Shown here one piece after another: positions 57,608-61,361 of a stretch of 61,361 nt of DNA (the first letter of the stretch is position 1; each line of letters opens with the position of its first letter). The notes under the pieces are model-generated. The model was not told the DNA's origin. It saw only the letters and a list, made by a program, of their open reading frames with translations, and did not search any database. The stretch lies in the NCBI GenBank assembly GCA_959020865.1, contig CAUEUD010000001.1, positions 1-61,361 on the forward strand. Direction: 5' to 3'. This DNA is from Eubacterium limosum (GTDB taxonomy: Bacteria > Bacillota > Clostridia > Eubacteriales > Eubacteriaceae). The position numbers and the translations under genes were made by a program.

Positions 57608-58672
57608 CTACATTCTTTCGATTTCTTCCATCAGGGCGTCAATGATCTCATCCTCTGCCACTGTTTTAAAGATTTCCCCTTTTTTAAAAAGAACCCCTTT
57701 TCCTTTTCCACCGGCAATGCCGATGTCTGCTTCCTTCCCCTCGCCCGGACCATTGACCACACAGCCCATCACCGCGACCTTCAAGTCCTTTTTGACATGC
57801 ACGAGCCGGCGGTTCATTTCCTCTGCAATGCCGATCAGGTCAATTTCTGTGCGGCCACAGGTCGGGCAGGACACGACCTCGACCATGCCCTCTCCGCTCT
57901 GGTACAGGCCAATGGATTTTAAAATATCTCTAGCCACATAGATTTCATCCACCGGATTGCCTGTGATGGAGACCCGAATGGTATCCCCGATGCCGCTCAA
58001 CAGCATATAGCCGATACCAATGCCCGACTTAACGGCCGAAGTCCGCAGCACCCCGGCTTCTGTGATGCCCAAGTGCACCGGATAATCATATTTCTGGGAA
58101 AACAGCGTGTAGGCGTCAATGGTAAAGCGCACATCCGACGCCTTCATGGAGACCACAATGTTGTTAAAATCAAGCGCTTCAAGATAGGCGATATGTTTTT
58201 CAGCGCTCTCCACCATCGCTTCTGGTGTGGGGTGCCCGTATTTTTCAAGCAGTTCTTTTTCCAGAGAGCCTGCGTTTACCCCAATTCGGATGGAAATATC
58301 CGCTTCTCTGGCCGCTTCCACCACCAGGCGCACCTTCTCCTTATCCCCAATGTTTCCGGGGTTGATCCGGAGCTTGTCCACTCCGCCTTTAATGGCCTCC
58401 AGGGCCAGCTCGTAATTAAAATGGATATCTGCCACCAGTGGAATAGAGATCTGTTTTTTTATGTCCGCGATGGCTCTCGCTGCCTCCATGTCGGGCACCG
58501 CCACCCGCACAATGTCGCAGCCGGCGGCCTCCAGATCCTTTATCTGTCGCACAGTCGCCTGAACGTCCCTCGTGTCTGTATTGGTCATGGACTGGATCAG
58601 GATTGGATTATCTCCCCCGATCTTCCGGTTTCCGATGGGTACCTCTCTGGTTTTATGACGTCGTATTTCCAT
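57608..58672 (-). CDS. ispG: (E)-4-hydroxy-3-methylbut-2-enyl-diphosphate synthase
   Basis: IQSMTNT, ADIHF, RINPGNIG, SCPTCGR, MGCVVNGPGE. Confidence 0.97.
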   Translation of the reverse strand: MEIRRHKTREVPIGNRKIGGDNPILIQSMTNTDTRDVQATVRQIKDLEAAGCDIVRVAVPDMEAARAIADIKKQISIPLVADIHFNYELALEAIKGGVDKLRINPGNIGDKEKVRLVVEAAREADISIRIGVNAGSLEKELLEKYGHPTPEAMVESAEKHIAYLEALDFNNIVVSMKASDVRFTIDAYTLFSQKYDYPVHLGITEAGVLRTSAVKSGIGIGYMLLSGIGDTIRVSITGNPVDEIYVARDILKSIGLYQSGEGMVEVVSCPTCGRTEIDLIGIAEEMNRRLVHVKKDLKVAVMGCVVNGPGEGKEADIGIAGGKGKGVLFKKGEIFKTVAEDEIIDALMEEIERM

Positions 58673-58826
58673 ATTTTTCACCTTACTCATTAATATTTTC
58701 AAAATTAAAAGCCCCAATTCACTGCTGCTTCATTGGGGCAAAACGTAATTATACTTTACTTTTAAACGGGCCTGAAATAGAAACTGAATCACGGCAAGGC
58801 CGCGGCTCTTCTTTCTCAACCCTTTC

Positions 58827-59645
58827 TCAGCCCATTATCCGCATTACATCATTCACCGCTATGACCACCGCCAAAAGCATCAGGGCCATAAAGCCGATGT
58901 AATTGATCATGTTTGCCTTTTTGGGATCAAGGTCCCGTCCGACCAGCTTTTCAATAATGATGATCATGATCTGTCCGCCATCAAGAGCTGGAAGCGGCAG
59001 TAAATTGATCACCCCTAAATTGACTGAAATTAAGGCCGTAAAGGACATCAGCGCAATGATTCCATACTGGAAAAAATCGTGAACCATGCTGACCATGCCG
59101 ATCGGGCCTGCCACATCGTTCATTCCCACCTGCCCGGTCACCAGCATGTAAAGGCTCTGGTAAATGGTAATCCCAAACTTTCCGGTTGTCGTAAGGCCAA
59201 GGCCCAACGCCTGCAGAATGTTGGCTCCCCTAAACAGGTAGATCAGCACCAGCAGCACAAAGGCGAACACAATGTTCATTGCCGCCCCGGCCACCAGAAT
59301 GATAAACCGCTGCCCCTTTGTTTTATTGGAAAAGCTTCTCGGATCATCCGGGTCCACCGGCTCACGCACTGCCGCATCCTCAGTGGCTGTCTCTTCATCC
59401 TCTTCGCCGGCGTCTCCCTCTCCGCGCATTTTGCAAAAACCGCCCAGGGGCAGCGCGCGAATCGAGAACTGGGTTTCCTTACCCTGTTTAGCGTAAACCA
59501 GCGGCCCCATCCCAATGGAGAACTCCTCAACGAAGACACCAGTTTTTCTGGCTGCAATAAAATGGCCCCACTCATGAACAACCACCAGAACAGATAAAAT
59601 AAGCAGTGTCAAGAGAACCATCAATACATTTGTTAATATACTCAT
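58827..59645 (-). CDS. rseP: Site-2 protease RseP/RasP family (M50), apparently PDZ-less
   Basis: HEWGH, EFSIGMGP, NLLPLPALDGG; conserved gene position. Confidence 0.88.
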   Translation of the reverse strand: MSILTNVLMVLLTLLILSVLVVVHEWGHFIAARKTGVFVEEFSIGMGPLVYAKQGKETQFSIRALPLGGFCKMRGEGDAGEEDEETATEDAAVREPVDPDDPRSFSNKTKGQRFIILVAGAAMNIVFAFVLLVLIYLFRGANILQALGLGLTTTGKFGITIYQSLYMLVTGQVGMNDVAGPIGMVSMVHDFFQYGIIALMSFTALISVNLGVINLLPLPALDGGQIMIIIIEKLVGRDLDPKKANMINYIGFMALMLLAVVIAVNDVMRIMG

Positions 59646-59656
59646 CTTTTAATACC

Positions 59657-60460
59657 TCACGCAAGTCCAGCGGTGTAGGTCGCGAAAATATAAACAAGAG
59701 GGATGATAAAAAGAATGCTGTCAAAGCGGTCTAAAATGCCGCCGTGTCCGGGCAATACCTTTCCAAAATCCTTAATTCCCATCTTGCGTTTAATCATGGA
59801 GGCTGTCAAATCCCCGCACTGGCCCGCAATGGAGCCCACAAAACCAGCCGCCGCAGACAAATAAACCGGCAGATCCATCTGAAAGCCAAATTTCATGATG
59901 ATGCCGTAAAGCACCATAAACACAGCCGAGGCGATTAAACCGCCAACTGCTCCGGCAATGGTCTTTTTAGGGCTTATCTCCGGCGCCAGCTTGGTTTTAC
60001 CGATGGCGCGCCCGACAAAATAGGCCGCCGTATCGGTTGAAAACGCAATGACAAAAACCATCCACATATAGTAGATGCCCATTTTAATATTTTCAAACAT
60101 CATCAGATACCCAAACAGCACTGGAATGTAAATCAATCCAAAAAACGTTATAATCCCGCGGTAAATGTCGGTTTTTCCATTTAGTATTTCAAAACAGAAT
60201 ACAATGATCAGAACGACCATCAGAGTCGGCATCAGTGAATAATAATCCAGCTTCATGGATATCAGAATGATCACACTCAAAATCTCAACAAAGGGCAGGC
60301 TGATTTTATTCTCAAGCTTCCGGTTAAAGGCGTTTGAGAATTCGATCAGAGCAACGCCAGAAAGCACGAGACAGGCCACAAAGAGAAAGTAACCACCCAG
60401 ATAGAGCAAACCGAAAAGAACCGGCAATCCAACAACCGCCGTCAATACTCTCTTTTGCAT
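59657..60460 (-). CDS. cdsA: Phosphatidate cytidylyltransferase
   Basis: DTAAYFVG, SPKKT, KDFG..LPGHGGILDRFDS. Confidence 0.96.
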   Translation of the reverse strand: MQKRVLTAVVGLPVLFGLLYLGGYFLFVACLVLSGVALIEFSNAFNRKLENKISLPFVEILSVIILISMKLDYYSLMPTLMVVLIIVFCFEILNGKTDIYRGIITFFGLIYIPVLFGYLMMFENIKMGIYYMWMVFVIAFSTDTAAYFVGRAIGKTKLAPEISPKKTIAGAVGGLIASAVFMVLYGIIMKFGFQMDLPVYLSAAAGFVGSIAGQCGDLTASMIKRKMGIKDFGKVLPGHGGILDRFDSILFIIPLVYIFATYTAGLA

Positions 60461-60473
60461 CTCAACCTCCTGC

Positions 60474-61190
60474 CTAAGCCGTGCCGAAGCGTCTGTTTCT
60501 CTGCTGATAAGCCTCTATCAGCTTATAAAAGGCGTCGTCGTCAAAATCAGGCCACCAGATATCATCAAAGAAAAACTCCGTGTAAGCGTTCTGCCAGAGC
60601 AAAAAATTGCTGAGACGGCTTTCACCACCTGTCCGGATCATAATATCCGGATCCGGCAGATCTCTTGTATACAGATGGGCTGAGATCATCTCCTCAGTCA
60701 CATCCTCCGGCGCTGTCCCTTCTTTCATGATTTCCCTGACCGCATGCACAATTTCATCCCGTCCGCCATAATTCAATGCGACGTTTAAAATCAAACCGTC
60801 ATTGTCCTTTGTCAGCGACTCCGCGTTATCCGCTGATTTCCGGACATCCTTTGGCAGACGGCTTTTTTCACCAATGATCCGAACCTGCACATGGTTGCGG
60901 TGCAACTCTGCGATTTCCTTCATAAAATATTCGACAGCGATCCGCATTAAGCCATCGACCTCTTCCTGGCTGCGCTTCCAGTTTTCTGTAGAAAAAGCGT
61001 ATACTGTCAGTATCTTAATTCCCATATCAGAGGCCAGGTGTACCGTGTTGTGTAATGCCTTCATCCCGGCATTATGGCCAAACAGCCTTGGTTTTCTGCG
61101 CTGCTTTGCCCAACGGCCATTGCCATCCATAATAATGGCAACGTGCACCGGCATATTTTCTTCTGATATATTATAGTCTTCTATTCCCAT
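60474..61190 (-). CDS. uppS: Undecaprenyl diphosphate synthase
   Basis: HVAIIMDGNGRWA, YAFSTENW.R, RTGGE.RLSNFLLWQ. Confidence 0.97.
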   Translation of the reverse strand: MGIEDYNISEENMPVHVAIIMDGNGRWAKQRRKPRLFGHNAGMKALHNTVHLASDMGIKILTVYAFSTENWKRSQEEVDGLMRIAVEYFMKEIAELHRNHVQVRIIGEKSRLPKDVRKSADNAESLTKDNDGLILNVALNYGGRDEIVHAVREIMKEGTAPEDVTEEMISAHLYTRDLPDPDIMIRTGGESRLSNFLLWQNAYTEFFFDDIWWPDFDDDAFYKLIEAYQQRNRRFGTA

Positions 61191-61361
61191 GTCACACCTC
61201 ATTCATTGTATCTTGTAACATTATAATCTATTTGAGCCCTTTTGTAAATTAACAGTTCAGACAGATTGATAATTTATCTTTTGTTTAAGCTTCAAAATAA
61301 AGTTAACATTCAAAAATCATTGTCTATATAGAATAAACCTTATTATATTAATGTTATACTT

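Overview
A 61.4 kb chromosomal window, about 50% GC, from an anaerobic Firmicute. The gene content (PolC, corrinoid methyltransferase proteins, FabK-type FASII) suggests an Eubacterium limosum-like acetogen; this is an inference. Most genes are on the minus strand. In order, the window holds: a Ca/Mn P-type ATPase behind a yybP-ykoY riboswitch; a MacAB-like ABC exporter with a two-component system; valS; a complete fab/acc operon including a FabX-like flavoprotein; an Lsa-type ABC-F resistance gene with a uORF attenuator; a large glycerol/polyol-phosphate catabolic locus coupled to a corrinoid protein and a UroD/MtaA-family methyltransferase; an orphan phage-type replication initiator (with internal iterons) plus helicase loader; a YtrA-type ABC operon; an acid-sugar catabolic cluster; and uppS-cdsA-rseP-ispG-polC (no dxr). 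The most striking unexplained signal is non-coding. Eight dispersed ~110-190 bp intergenic elements have inverted tandem 7-mer arms enclosing a covarying three-hairpin (four-way junction) core. Several are nested in a second MITE-like shell whose ends abut terminator hairpins, and one sits inside a three-copy 27-bp hairpin array.
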